A stretch of 64,000 nucleotides of DNA from an uncultured Candidatus Saccharibacteria bacterium. Its GTDB lineage: Bacteria > Patescibacteriota > Doudnabacteria > UBA920. The notes under the pieces are model-generated. The model saw only the letters and a program-made list of their open reading frames with translations, made no database searches and had not been told where the DNA came from. Below, piece after piece: positions 53,790-62,527 of this stretch. The position numbers and the translations under genes are program-made. The DNA is taken from contig CAZHIA010000002.1 of the NCBI GenBank assembly GCA_964532425.1, forward strand, positions 169,798 to 233,797, read 5' to 3'. Each line of letters begins with the position of its first letter. Within the stretch, counting starts at the first letter, position 1.

Positions 53790-54104
53790 ATGGCAAGGAA
53801 AAATTATTATCCCATATTCCAGATAATCTCAATCATTTTGCTATTGCTGGCCATCCCTTCTGTCTGGCCTTACGGTGTTTATCAATTTGTAAAAATTGTT
53901 GTATTCTTAACGTGCATTTACAATATTTATATTTTGAAAGAGAAGGACCAGATTTGGACAATTTTGTTTATAGTATTAGCTCTCCTATTTAATCCCGTCG
54001 TTCCGATATATTTGTCTAAAAACTTATGGCAAATAATTGACGGCATTTCGGCAATAATCATTTTTACAAATTACGCTAAATTTAAAAAAATTATTAATCC
54101 TTAA
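53790..54104 (+). CDS. small membrane protein
   Basis: Three transmembrane helices. Start at the ATG (aa 5 of the ORF). Confidence 0.4.
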   Translation: MARKNYYPIFQIISIILLLLAIPSVWPYGVYQFVKIVVFLTCIYNIYILKEKDQIWTILFIVLALLFNPVVPIYLSKNLWQIIDGISAIIIFTNYAKFKKIINP

Positions 54105-54109
54105 AACAC

Positions 54110-54385
54110 ATGGGCGAGCACTGGCAAAAATTGCTTTTCAAAAACTTAAAACGTGAACCTAATTCTAAACCCCTGGTTTTTGAAATTTTATTTTTGCTTG
54201 GGGAAGAAAAACCTTCGGACCCGGTACAATATATCAAGGACTGGCTTTTAAGCCATCCAGCCGAAACAGAACGATTAAAAGACCAGGAATTGCTTAACAG
54301 GGAAGCTGAATTTATATATAAGCTTTCTACCGGCGAAATTCCTTTCCCGGAATATTGCACACGAGTATATAAAAAGATTGATTAA
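54110..54385 (+). CDS. small hypothetical protein
   Basis: 91-aa product. Confidence 0.4.
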   Translation: MGEHWQKLLFKNLKREPNSKPLVFEILFLLGEEKPSDPVQYIKDWLLSHPAETERLKDQELLNREAEFIYKLSTGEIPFPEYCTRVYKKID

Positions 54386-54456
54386 ATTTAACTCGCTAAA
54401 TATGCTATAATTTAAGCATAAATTAGCGAGTTTTTAATTTTAGTGTTGTCAAAAAA

Positions 54457-56730
54457 ATGACAAATTACGATTTCAAAAATTTATCTCCTCTGGACTTCGA
54501 GGTCCTAGTTAAAGACCTGCTGGAGGCGAAGTTAAAAATTAATTTAGAAAATTTTATTGCCGGTCCGGACGGAGGCGTTGATTTAAGGTATTGCTACGAC
54601 TCGAAAAATGAATTAGTGATCCAATGCAAAAATTATTTTGATTTCAACCAATTACTAAGAGTTTTAAAAAAGGAAGTTAAAAAAGTAAGAGAACTAAAAC
54701 CTAAGAGATATATTGTAGCCACCTCTGTCGGGCTGACTAGGCTACGAAAGGCCAAAATTCATGAGCTGTTTAAGCCGTTCATGCGTAAGCCATCTGACGT
54801 TTACGGGGCAAGCGATCTGAATTCCATAATATCTAAAAATAAGGATATTGAGCGGTCCCACTTTAAGCTCTGGCTATCCAGTACCAATATTCTAAATACC
54901 ATTGTTCACAGTAAAGTCGTCAACCAGAGCCGTTTCGAGATGGATAGGATAAAGGACGCTGTAAAAGTTTATGTCCCAAATGAAAGTTTTAATGAAGCTC
55001 TTAATATCTTGCAGCAAAGACATGCTGTAGTAATTTGCGGCATCCCCGGTATCGGCAAATCCACATTAAGCCGTATACTGGCTTACCATTATTTAGCCAA
55101 TGGTTTTGACGAGTTTATTTATATTTCAAATTCCATTTCAGAAGCCTATGAGCTTTACGAGGATGGGAAAAAACAGGTATTTTTCTTTGACGATTTTTTA
55201 GGGAAACGGCTTTTGGAAGAAAATCTGGAAACAAACGAAGATCAAAATATCTTACGTTTTATGGAAAAGGTCGCGGATTCAGAGGATAAAATTTTGATTC
55301 TGGCCACAAGGGAGTATATCTTAAACCAAGCAAAGGAAAAATTTGAAAATTTAAACCAACACCGGGTGCAGTTATCGAAGTGCATTTTAGATCTGAAAAA
55401 ATACACAAATTTTGTACGCGCAAAAATTCTATACAACCATTTGTTTTTTTCTAAACTGCCGGAAAAATACATTGAAAATTTAGTATACCATAAAAATTTT
55501 CTCGATATAATCAAACACAGAAATTATAATCCCCGGATAGTTCACACGATCACGCAAGATCAAGATGTTTGGAAAAATATCTCACCTGAAAATTTTTACG
55601 ACAAATTTATAGAATATCTTGATAAGCCATTCAGTATATGGGAACATGTATTTTCGCATCAAATCTCGCCACTTTCCCAGGCCCTTCTTCTTATCCTGGC
55701 CCAAACAGACACCCCAATATTGAAAGATGATCTCGCGGATGCGGTTTCCGCGTTCGGAGCTAAGTTTGGCAATAAGTATGGTTTTAAGTTTAATGAGCGG
55801 GATTTTGAACATGCCCTAAGAGAATGCGAGAACACGTTTATAACCATAGACAAGGACCCAAATAACCACCTGTATATAGATTTCCAAAATCCTTCAATTC
55901 AGGATTTTTTGATTTTGTATATTAGCCAGGACGAAAAACTTACATTTGACCTGATTACGGCCGCCCATTTTTTTAACCAAGCAATTAACATGCTTTCGAA
56001 GCCGATCAATAAATCATCCACGATTGAACCGGCACAACTCAAACGTGAAGTTAAGCAAAAAGTAATGGAAAATTTTGCTATACTTCGAAGTTCTGGACTT
56101 ACTAAAACCACTATGGCGGGTAAAGCTGATGACTGGTGGTGGTCAAAAGCCAATGACACCGAACTATCCAGGCTAAACATACTGTTCAATAAATTTGGGC
56201 AGGATCAGGACGTGAGGCAACTTATTAAAGAACGAATTATTGCGATGGATGAAAAGAAGTTTAACAACGCTGATGTGCCGTACTATGTCAACCTTCTTGC
56301 TGGCCTGGGCAAATCCATAGGCAAGGATCCTGCCGAACTAATTAAAAACCTGTCCTCCAGCATTTACTTTACCGACGGCATCGATCAGCTTGAGAGGCTT
56401 TCTAAAGTCTACCCTAAGGAATACCGTGCTTTTATCAAGGGCACTGAATTTTCAAATTTAGTAGACTATACCATAGATAATGAAATGGAAAATACTGACG
56501 ACGATGGTTTAGAAGAATTAAGAGACAACGTACAATCTTTGCAAAGAAGGTTTAACCTGGACCTATCGGAAAAACTCGACACTATCCAGGAGATGTTAGG
56601 AGATGCCCGGTCCCGACACTATGCTGAGATGGACCCCGACGATTACCGGGTTAATTACGATGACCACCGAGAAATTTCTGACGGCGAATTAAGGGCCATG
56701 TTCGACACCCTTCGAACCGGCCAAAAATAA
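54457..56730 (+). CDS. Mrr-like restriction-endonuclease (PD-(D/E)xK) domain fused to a STAND-type P-loop NTPase and helical C-terminal region (Avs-like antiviral ATPase candidate)
   Basis: N-terminus 'LSPLDFEVLVKDLL...GPDGGVDL...VIQCKNY' (Mrr_cat-like). Walker A 'VICGIPGIGKSTL'. Walker B 'VFFFDDFLG'. 'ILILATRE' sensor-1-like motif. About 350 aa of helical C-terminus. Confidence 0.7.
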   Translation: MTNYDFKNLSPLDFEVLVKDLLEAKLKINLENFIAGPDGGVDLRYCYDSKNELVIQCKNYFDFNQLLRVLKKEVKKVRELKPKRYIVATSVGLTRLRKAKIHELFKPFMRKPSDVYGASDLNSIISKNKDIERSHFKLWLSSTNILNTIVHSKVVNQSRFEMDRIKDAVKVYVPNESFNEALNILQQRHAVVICGIPGIGKSTLSRILAYHYLANGFDEFIYISNSISEAYELYEDGKKQVFFFDDFLGKRLLEENLETNEDQNILRFMEKVADSEDKILILATREYILNQAKEKFENLNQHRVQLSKCILDLKKYTNFVRAKILYNHLFFSKLPEKYIENLVYHKNFLDIIKHRNYNPRIVHTITQDQDVWKNISPENFYDKFIEYLDKPFSIWEHVFSHQISPLSQALLLILAQTDTPILKDDLADAVSAFGAKFGNKYGFKFNERDFEHALRECENTFITIDKDPNNHLYIDFQNPSIQDFLILYISQDEKLTFDLITAAHFFNQAINMLSKPINKSSTIEPAQLKREVKQKVMENFAILRSSGLTKTTMAGKADDWWWSKANDTELSRLNILFNKFGQDQDVRQLIKERIIAMDEKKFNNADVPYYVNLLAGLGKSIGKDPAELIKNLSSSIYFTDGIDQLERLSKVYPKEYRAFIKGTEFSNLVDYTIDNEMENTDDDGLEELRDNVQSLQRRFNLDLSEKLDTIQEMLGDARSRHYAEMDPDDYRVNYDDHREISDGELRAMFDTLRTGQK

Positions 56731-56743
56731 TCTTATTTAGCAT

Positions 56744-57301
56744 ATGGAAAACGAGGTCAAACAAATAGTCGAAAAATCTATCCTGGAGATAATTGAGGAA
56801 TTTAATAGTAATCCGGACGTGTTTCTTACGGAAGAAGATGTAAGGTGCCATCTAGTCGCTAAACTTTTACAGAATAAACAGCTATCGACTCTGGCCGATA
56901 CCGCAGACGGCTCAAAATCCATTCCGATTCATACCGAAGTACGGTGGTACGGGGCAAGCGGAAAATTACGTTACAGATCCGATATTGTTCTGCTTAAAAC
57001 AAATTCTTTAAAAACAAAAAGATCCTTCCACTTGCCCACCAAAGGATATTCGTTTGATGAATTCTACTCGATTATAGAAGTTAAATTGCGCCGCATACGT
57101 CCGAGGAGCGACAAAAAATATTTAACTCTCATTAAAGAAGATTTTGAACGTTTACAAGCTTTGATAGAAGATACACCTGGAGTAAACGCAACTTTTCATT
57201 TGATCTGCTTTGATAAAAAATCTGATCTTTCTCCTAACCTGGACCGGTATTATCATGATCCCAAAATAAAATTCCAGTATATTTTTAAAGATTGTCGCTA
57301 A
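56744..57301 (+). CDS. small PD-(D/E)xK-like nuclease-fold protein (tentative)
   Basis: 'RSDIVLL' ... 'IIEVKL' give a D...E-x-K spacing. The gene lies 13 nt after the NTPase gene. Confidence 0.4.
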   Translation: MENEVKQIVEKSILEIIEEFNSNPDVFLTEEDVRCHLVAKLLQNKQLSTLADTADGSKSIPIHTEVRWYGASGKLRYRSDIVLLKTNSLKTKRSFHLPTKGYSFDEFYSIIEVKLRRIRPRSDKKYLTLIKEDFERLQALIEDTPGVNATFHLICFDKKSDLSPNLDRYYHDPKIKFQYIFKDCR

Positions 57302-57311
57302 AAATACGGGT

Positions 57312-58265
57312 ATGAACTTTCTAAGAAAAATATTTGCCAAGAAAAACCTTATTTCCAGGAGCACAACTCCAACAAATGAACTAAGCACCCACGTTGCAAT
57401 TCCAGAACCTACTAAATCTTTACTTTGGATAACGAACGAAAACGCTTCTAAAATCAGATCAGCCGGATCAATCCGAATCACTATCACTCTATCTGATACA
57501 GGGGTAAAAACTACTCAGGGAGACCCCGATGACAGTAATAATTTTTTCTCTGAGCCGAGCCTTATTTGGACCAAGTTGCCGGTTTTGCCGAACTCCAGCC
57601 TGGAAACAAAACCGATGTATTACCCTTCCTACTCCGGCCTTTCCCCGGCTCACCGGTACCAATACTTAAAATGGCTGGCCAATGTTGAACAGCCGACAAA
57701 TTTAAGTTACGTATTCCTTTATTACTATGGTTTAGAAAGACACCTACTTATCGGAAACTACGATGGCGCAGTAGATGAAATATTACGCCTGATAAAATTC
57801 CACGATCGGGGAACTTTTAAAAGCTACGCAACGACGGCTCTATTAGTAGCTAGCCTTGAGCGAAAAAGACCGGATATTTTTCAAAAGGCTCCTTTTTTAT
57901 TGGAACAACTTACCAATGAAGGCATACTGCTTAGATTCCTAACAGGTAATAGCCTTACAGCAAAAGAGGTGATGAGCTTAGCCTCGCAAGTTGGCTTTAA
58001 AAATAAACGCTACATTAAATTGCGCCCGGTAGATTTTGAGGAAGAACTACAAAATAGAATTGACCGCTCTGAAATTTCAATAAAAAATACCATAACTTTA
58101 TATTCTTTAAAAACGGAAAACTCTACAGCTTTTGCTAACCTCTCTATACCCGATCACATCAGGACAATAAAAATACCTCAAATCTTATACGATGAAAGAT
58201 TTAAGGCAAATCTCCTGGCTCTTTTAGAACAAACACACGAAGCCATCAAAAATAGGCCACGTTGA
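57312..58265 (+). CDS. hypothetical protein with a TerB-N-like motif (tentative)
   Basis: 'YYPSYSGLSPAHRYQYLKWL...YVFLYYYGLERHLL'. The gene lies 10 nt after the preceding gene. Confidence 0.4.
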   Translation: MNFLRKIFAKKNLISRSTTPTNELSTHVAIPEPTKSLLWITNENASKIRSAGSIRITITLSDTGVKTTQGDPDDSNNFFSEPSLIWTKLPVLPNSSLETKPMYYPSYSGLSPAHRYQYLKWLANVEQPTNLSYVFLYYYGLERHLLIGNYDGAVDEILRLIKFHDRGTFKSYATTALLVASLERKRPDIFQKAPFLLEQLTNEGILLRFLTGNSLTAKEVMSLASQVGFKNKRYIKLRPVDFEEELQNRIDRSEISIKNTITLYSLKTENSTAFANLSIPDHIRTIKIPQILYDERFKANLLALLEQTHEAIKNRPR

Positions 58266-58532
58266 ATAATTAATGCTTATTTTCCTATAAGCGTACAGAA
58301 TATCATCCTGTGTTTGCCTGTTTTAATACCAAACAAGGTATAGTAAGTAATATCTACTTCGCTAACAGTAAATGATTCAACCTTAGGCGTTAAAATCAAC
58401 GAGGCCGGAAATTTCGGCATGTCCTGAGAAGCTATGGCCGTACAAGAATTGGATCCAAGATCGGGATTTTTAATCACTATTTTTGGAATGAAAATACCGA
58501 CTAATAGAACAAGTAACGCAATAACAATCCAC

Positions 58533-59357
58533 CTACTCATACAAGCTCCTGGTATCATTAAAACCCATAATGTCTCCGGCCGGTGATATAACCACCTGTA
58601 CGAACGGAGCCATATCCTCGCCTTGCGGCTTGTTTTTTAAAACCCATTGGAAGGCGGCTTGCTTGCCGTCTTTGGATGTTTCCGTATAAGTAAAATCAGA
58701 ACTGTTTTTAATTTGCTCGAAATCGGAGACATGTTTGGCTAAAAACTGGTAGCCAATTTGTTTGAGTCGAGTTTGAGTAAGTTCCGGCTTTACGCGGTAC
58801 GCGTCTGCTGAACCCTGGGCCGGAGCGAACTGAACAACTTTGTTTGAAGCCGGATCAACTGAATATTCCATGCCTTTATCGTCCCGGTAAACGTCCACAT
58901 TTTTACCGTTGCTCGAATATAAATTATCCCGAATGTCCCAAAGCGTAATTTGCAAAGACTGGTCTTCCCGGATGTCTTTAATATTTGCCGTTGCCGTAGC
59001 GATGGCTTGCGGATCTTTGTTTTGAATCTGGAGCCGCTTAACCGTATCCTGCAAGTTGGCCCTCTGTTGATTATATCTTAAGTCGTAATGTTCGCACTGG
59101 ACCGTATCATCCGGAGTATCGGTTAAACAGCCGTGCCGGTAGCGATAATTGATTAAGGAATTAAGGTCCGATTGGATAGCCTGGATATCTTTGTTGGTTT
59201 TTAGCCAGACCGGAATCATGCCGTCTACTTCCTGTTTTTCTGAAACTTCAGCGACAAGCGTTTTATTATTTAGTTTTAGCTGTCGGTATATGCCAAAACC
59301 TATTAGGGCAAGAACGACTACCCCACATCCAATGTATAAATATTTTTTTCTGGTCAT
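58533..59357 (-). CDS. membrane-anchored hypothetical protein
   Basis: Start at the ATG (aa 15 of the ORF), which overlaps the upstream gene's stop (ATGA). A transmembrane helix follows. Confidence 0.45.
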   Translation of the reverse strand: MTRKKYLYIGCGVVVLALIGFGIYRQLKLNNKTLVAEVSEKQEVDGMIPVWLKTNKDIQAIQSDLNSLINYRYRHGCLTDTPDDTVQCEHYDLRYNQQRANLQDTVKRLQIQNKDPQAIATATANIKDIREDQSLQITLWDIRDNLYSSNGKNVDVYRDDKGMEYSVDPASNKVVQFAPAQGSADAYRVKPELTQTRLKQIGYQFLAKHVSDFEQIKNSSDFTYTETSKDGKQAAFQWVLKNKPQGEDMAPFVQVVISPAGDIMGFNDTRSLYE

Positions 59358-59635
59358 AAAAATATTCCCATAAGGATCAAAGCCAAAATCGGACCCCAAA
59401 CTAACGCGTAGATATTCCTAATTTGATCAAAATTAAGAGGCACCTTCATCATCTGGTACCTTGGCGATTCCAATGTTAAAAATTTTTGTTTAACTTTGAT
59501 AACCCGATATGAGTCTAGCGGAAATACCGGCAAAAAAAGCAGTATTATCCACTTAGTAGCAATATATGAACCGTCGGCAGGATTAATCTCTCGCTTGCCA
59601 TAGAGCGTTGTCCCAAAACCATTGAAAGATAACAT
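59354..59635 (-). CDS. small membrane protein
   Basis: 93-aa product with two transmembrane helices. Confidence 0.4.
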   Translation of the reverse strand: MLSFNGFGTTLYGKREINPADGSYIATKWIILLFLPVFPLDSYRVIKVKQKFLTLESPRYQMMKVPLNFDQIRNIYALVWGPILALILMGIFL

Positions 59636-60040
59636 AGTCGTATAATTAAGTACGCTTTAAGTATATCCCTTTAGCGAATTAAAATAAATAGCTCTTAACT
59701 ACAGCCAAAATACGATACTACGATGATTACGATATTTTATTTAAAATATCAGAAAGCCAAATTTTGAAGTTTCCTAAATTTTTGTGCGAATAATTTTGGG
59801 GCCCCCTGGGGCGAATTTTCTATAAACGGTCGTCTTGCCCTATGCCCCGGCACCGGGGGTCGATAAAGCAAAACTGACACTGTGATAGAGGGTTGTAACA
59901 AAAAAAGACCGCAAGGGCCTTTTTGAGCGTTAAGGGCTAGGATTGAGTAGCGAGTAAAGGAATTAAGGCCCGAAATTGCTTTATTTCCTCTACCAAAAAA
60001 TGTAAGTTCTGAAAACTGAAGGCTACCATAAACAAAAATG

Positions 60041-60074
60041 CCTCACCCTTGTGGTGGGGCTTTTTTGTTTATCG
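60041..60074 (+). terminator. rho-independent terminator-like hairpin
   Basis: gcctcacc(cttgt)ggtggggc followed by tttttt. Confidence 0.45.
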
Positions 60075-60361
60075 ATGTTCATCGATGGGGAATCGAACGG
60101 GCAGCAGTGAGCTAGTGGAGGCCAGCAGGCCGACACGTAGCGAACGCCGAAGAAGTGCTACGGATAGCACTTCTTTGCTGCCCCGGACAACGAAGCCCGC
60201 CTGGGGCGGGCGAGGCGGAATTCCCCCATGGGCAAGGGGATACAGCCGAGCGATCTAGGAACTGCCACCGGCAGTTTATCGCAATCCATGGACAAGTGAG
60301 TCCGCCAGCTGGCGGACGAGCGCGACAATTCCCCCATGAATCATCGAATGTAGCCGTAGGC
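60075..60361. repeat. GC-rich hairpin-dense block with nested degenerate copies of the tRNA 3' end (island right-arm/attR region)
   Basis: Partial copies 'attcccccatgggc' near 60222 and 'attcccccatg' near 60327 precede the full repeat. Four consecutive inverted repeats are present, including the 16-bp palindrome tccgccagctggcgga. Confidence 0.5.
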
Positions 60362-60386
60362 GGTTCGATTCCCCCATGGGCTACCA
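60362..60386. repeat. attR core: 25-bp direct repeat
   Basis: Identical to 46733-46757. It has no 5' acceptor-strand partner, so it is a 3' fragment only. Confidence 0.8.
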
Positions 60387-60551
60387 CTAACAACCTCATT
60401 CCCCAGAATGGGGTTTTTAGTTTGGTTTTATTGATGCGAAATGAATTTTCCAAAATTTAGGTGTGATTGATATATTTTTGAAATATACTTATAGTTAAGG
60501 TAAATTAGTTTTCAATCCCAGTTTGGTACCCAAAAGCTAAAATAAATTGTT

Positions 60552-61283
60552 ATGGAAAATAATGAATTTGGAACTTTAATGCAGCGTCTTAAAGACATGC
60601 ATAATCGGTATTATAAAACTATACATGCTTTTTATGCCTATGAAGCTCTTCGTGAAGTTATAGCCCCAAATATTGTTGGTGAACACATGGCTCATGGAAA
60701 TGTAGAGGTATTTAATAAGTATAAAAACTTTTTTCTCCCAGCCAAAGAATCTTTAAAAGTATATTTTTTCTTAGAGCTCGCAAAATTATTTGATGCCTCT
60801 AAACAATCCTTGCACATTAATAAAATTATTAATTTTACTGAAAGTAACATTGAAAATTTAACTGTTGATGCATTCCAAGAATATAATCAGGACCGAGAAC
60901 TTGTTACTCAATTGATCAAAGAGTACAAAGGCATGTCGCATAAAGATCTTACAGAAATCAGAAACTCCCTCACTAAGCATCAGGTGGTCCTGGAAAAGTT
61001 GGAAGACTATAGAAACAAATGGCTTGTGCATGATGATTTAAATAAACCCGAGATACCTTCTATAACAGGAGAGGAAATAAAAAGCTTACTTGAAATAATA
61101 GAAAAAATTCTGAATTCTTTCACGGGTAAATTAAATAGTGAAAGTTGGTTATATAGTTATGCGGAAGACGAGACTAAATCTGACGTTCGTTTGGTTATTG
61201 ATCACCTGCGGAGATTTGAACCCTATAGAATAAAAGAGATTGAAGATGAGTATAAAGAGAATTTAAAAAAATTTTCCGTTTAG
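60552..61283 (+). CDS. hypothetical protein (possible HEPN-like R-x5-H motif)
   Basis: 243-aa AT-rich product containing 'RNKWLVH'. Confidence 0.4.
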   Translation: MENNEFGTLMQRLKDMHNRYYKTIHAFYAYEALREVIAPNIVGEHMAHGNVEVFNKYKNFFLPAKESLKVYFFLELAKLFDASKQSLHINKIINFTESNIENLTVDAFQEYNQDRELVTQLIKEYKGMSHKDLTEIRNSLTKHQVVLEKLEDYRNKWLVHDDLNKPEIPSITGEEIKSLLEIIEKILNSFTGKLNSESWLYSYAEDETKSDVRLVIDHLRRFEPYRIKEIEDEYKENLKKFSV

Positions 61284-61437
61284 CCATTCTTTATCAAAAA
61301 TAAGTAAACTTCCCTCACCAAAGCCAAATAAGTTTTCCAGCCGTTCAGACGGTATCTACCACAAAAAACTCGAACATAATTCGAGTTTTTGTTTGCTAAT
61401 ATAATTTTATTATTAGTAAAGGTATTTTTACAGCTAA

Positions 61438-61893
61438 TTGAATATATGGCATAATTATAATATGCAAAACAATAGGGAAACCCATATTTTACCTGAAAAC
61501 GAAATAGTGAACGCAATAGCGCAAAATGCTCAGTGGGAATTGAATTCTCGTGGAAATGATGTCATAACTCTAAGTTATGGAAGGAAAGATTTAATGATTG
61601 TTGCCAGTAAACGTGATAATTCGGTTATTACCAGAGTTGAAAATATGAGGGAGTCTGGCCAAGAAGAAAATGAAACCACCTTGTTATATACTGCAGCTAA
61701 AAAAATAATGGGGCAGCTTGCTCAAAAATACAAAAGCGATTTAAAGTATACTATAAGTACTTCGGATGAAAGTATGAATGCTTGGGCACAAAGTAAAGGT
61801 GTTAACATTTTTAATTTACAACCGGCTTCTGATATCCGTGATGATTTTGATCATCATTATCGAGCAACTATAGCATATAAACCAGAGGAATAG
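61438..61893 (+). CDS. hypothetical protein
   Basis: 151-aa AT-rich product. Confidence 0.4.
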   Translation: MNIWHNYNMQNNRETHILPENEIVNAIAQNAQWELNSRGNDVITLSYGRKDLMIVASKRDNSVITRVENMRESGQEENETTLLYTAAKKIMGQLAQKYKSDLKYTISTSDESMNAWAQSKGVNIFNLQPASDIRDDFDHHYRATIAYKPEE

Positions 61894-62081
61894 GTTTTAA
61901 AACTATAATGCAGATTGCAAAATAATGATTTAGTTAGGTGGCCATTCAAACATTGATTAAATTTAAATAAACACCTTTTATCAAAGCCAAAAATTTTTTC
62001 ACCTGTCTCGACTTGGTCTACCAACAAAAGAACACTGCTTCATAGTAGTGTTCTTTTATTGGTAATTAATATAGGATGTGG

Positions 62082-62342
62082 TTATTTACCCTGTTCATTC
62101 AGTTTGTAAAACTTCGTAACCGCTTTTTTGAATTTTGTTAGCGTACCTGGCAAATCATTCATGTTAACTTCATTCTCATCTAAGCCCATTCCACGCGCGG
62201 CTTCTTTTAATTCGGCCTCCACCGAATCGCCTGCGGTAATGCCGTCTATGGCAAGCTCAAATTCTTTTATCCTCGCGCTTGCTGCTAATTCCCGGTCACT
62301 TAATGGTCGTTCGTGAATTGGCAGCCTATGTTCTCCGTCCAT
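62082..62342 (-). CDS. small hypothetical protein
   Basis: 86-aa acidic product. Confidence 0.35.
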   Translation of the reverse strand: MDGEHRLPIHERPLSDRELAASARIKEFELAIDGITAGDSVEAELKEAARGMGLDENEVNMNDLPGTLTKFKKAVTKFYKLNEQGK

Positions 62343-62527
62343 AATTTGAATAGCTAATTATCTCTATTAGCTTTAGTTTATAAGGTTTTATTTCCAAAAG
62401 CAAACAATCATCTTTTTGGCGAGCCGCACGATGGTTGTCGGACCGATGCCGATCTGCCATGCAAAAATGCCTCCCTATAGGGATGAGGCATTTTTTTCTA
62501 AGATGATCCTTGTGCTAAGCTTTTCCT

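Larger units (their letters stand above)
46758..60386. mobile_element. ~13.6-kb AT-rich integrative island (satellite/PICI- or P4-like layout: recombinase, primase, cargo) inserted at tRNA-Glu
   Basis: Bounded by an exact 25-bp direct repeat. There is an abrupt compositional shift. A serine recombinase lies adjacent to the tRNA and a primase lies further in. Confidence 0.7.

Noticed and set aside
60300-60386. A possible second complete tRNA or tmRNA ending at 60386
   Set aside because: Only the T-arm and the 3' acceptor strand are present. No complementary 5' acceptor strand (GGCCCAT or AGCCCAT) exists in the preceding 80 nt. A tmRNA-like 5' end (GGGG...) pairing with this 3' end is also absent.
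60112-60460. Two long predicted ORFs (minus 60112-60453, plus 60155-60460) across the GC-rich block at the island's right end
   Set aside because: Their translations are Gly/Pro/Arg-rich and contain the tRNA T-arm-derived string VAHGGIEPP. The DNA is made of hairpins and att-site fragments. They were treated as non-coding.
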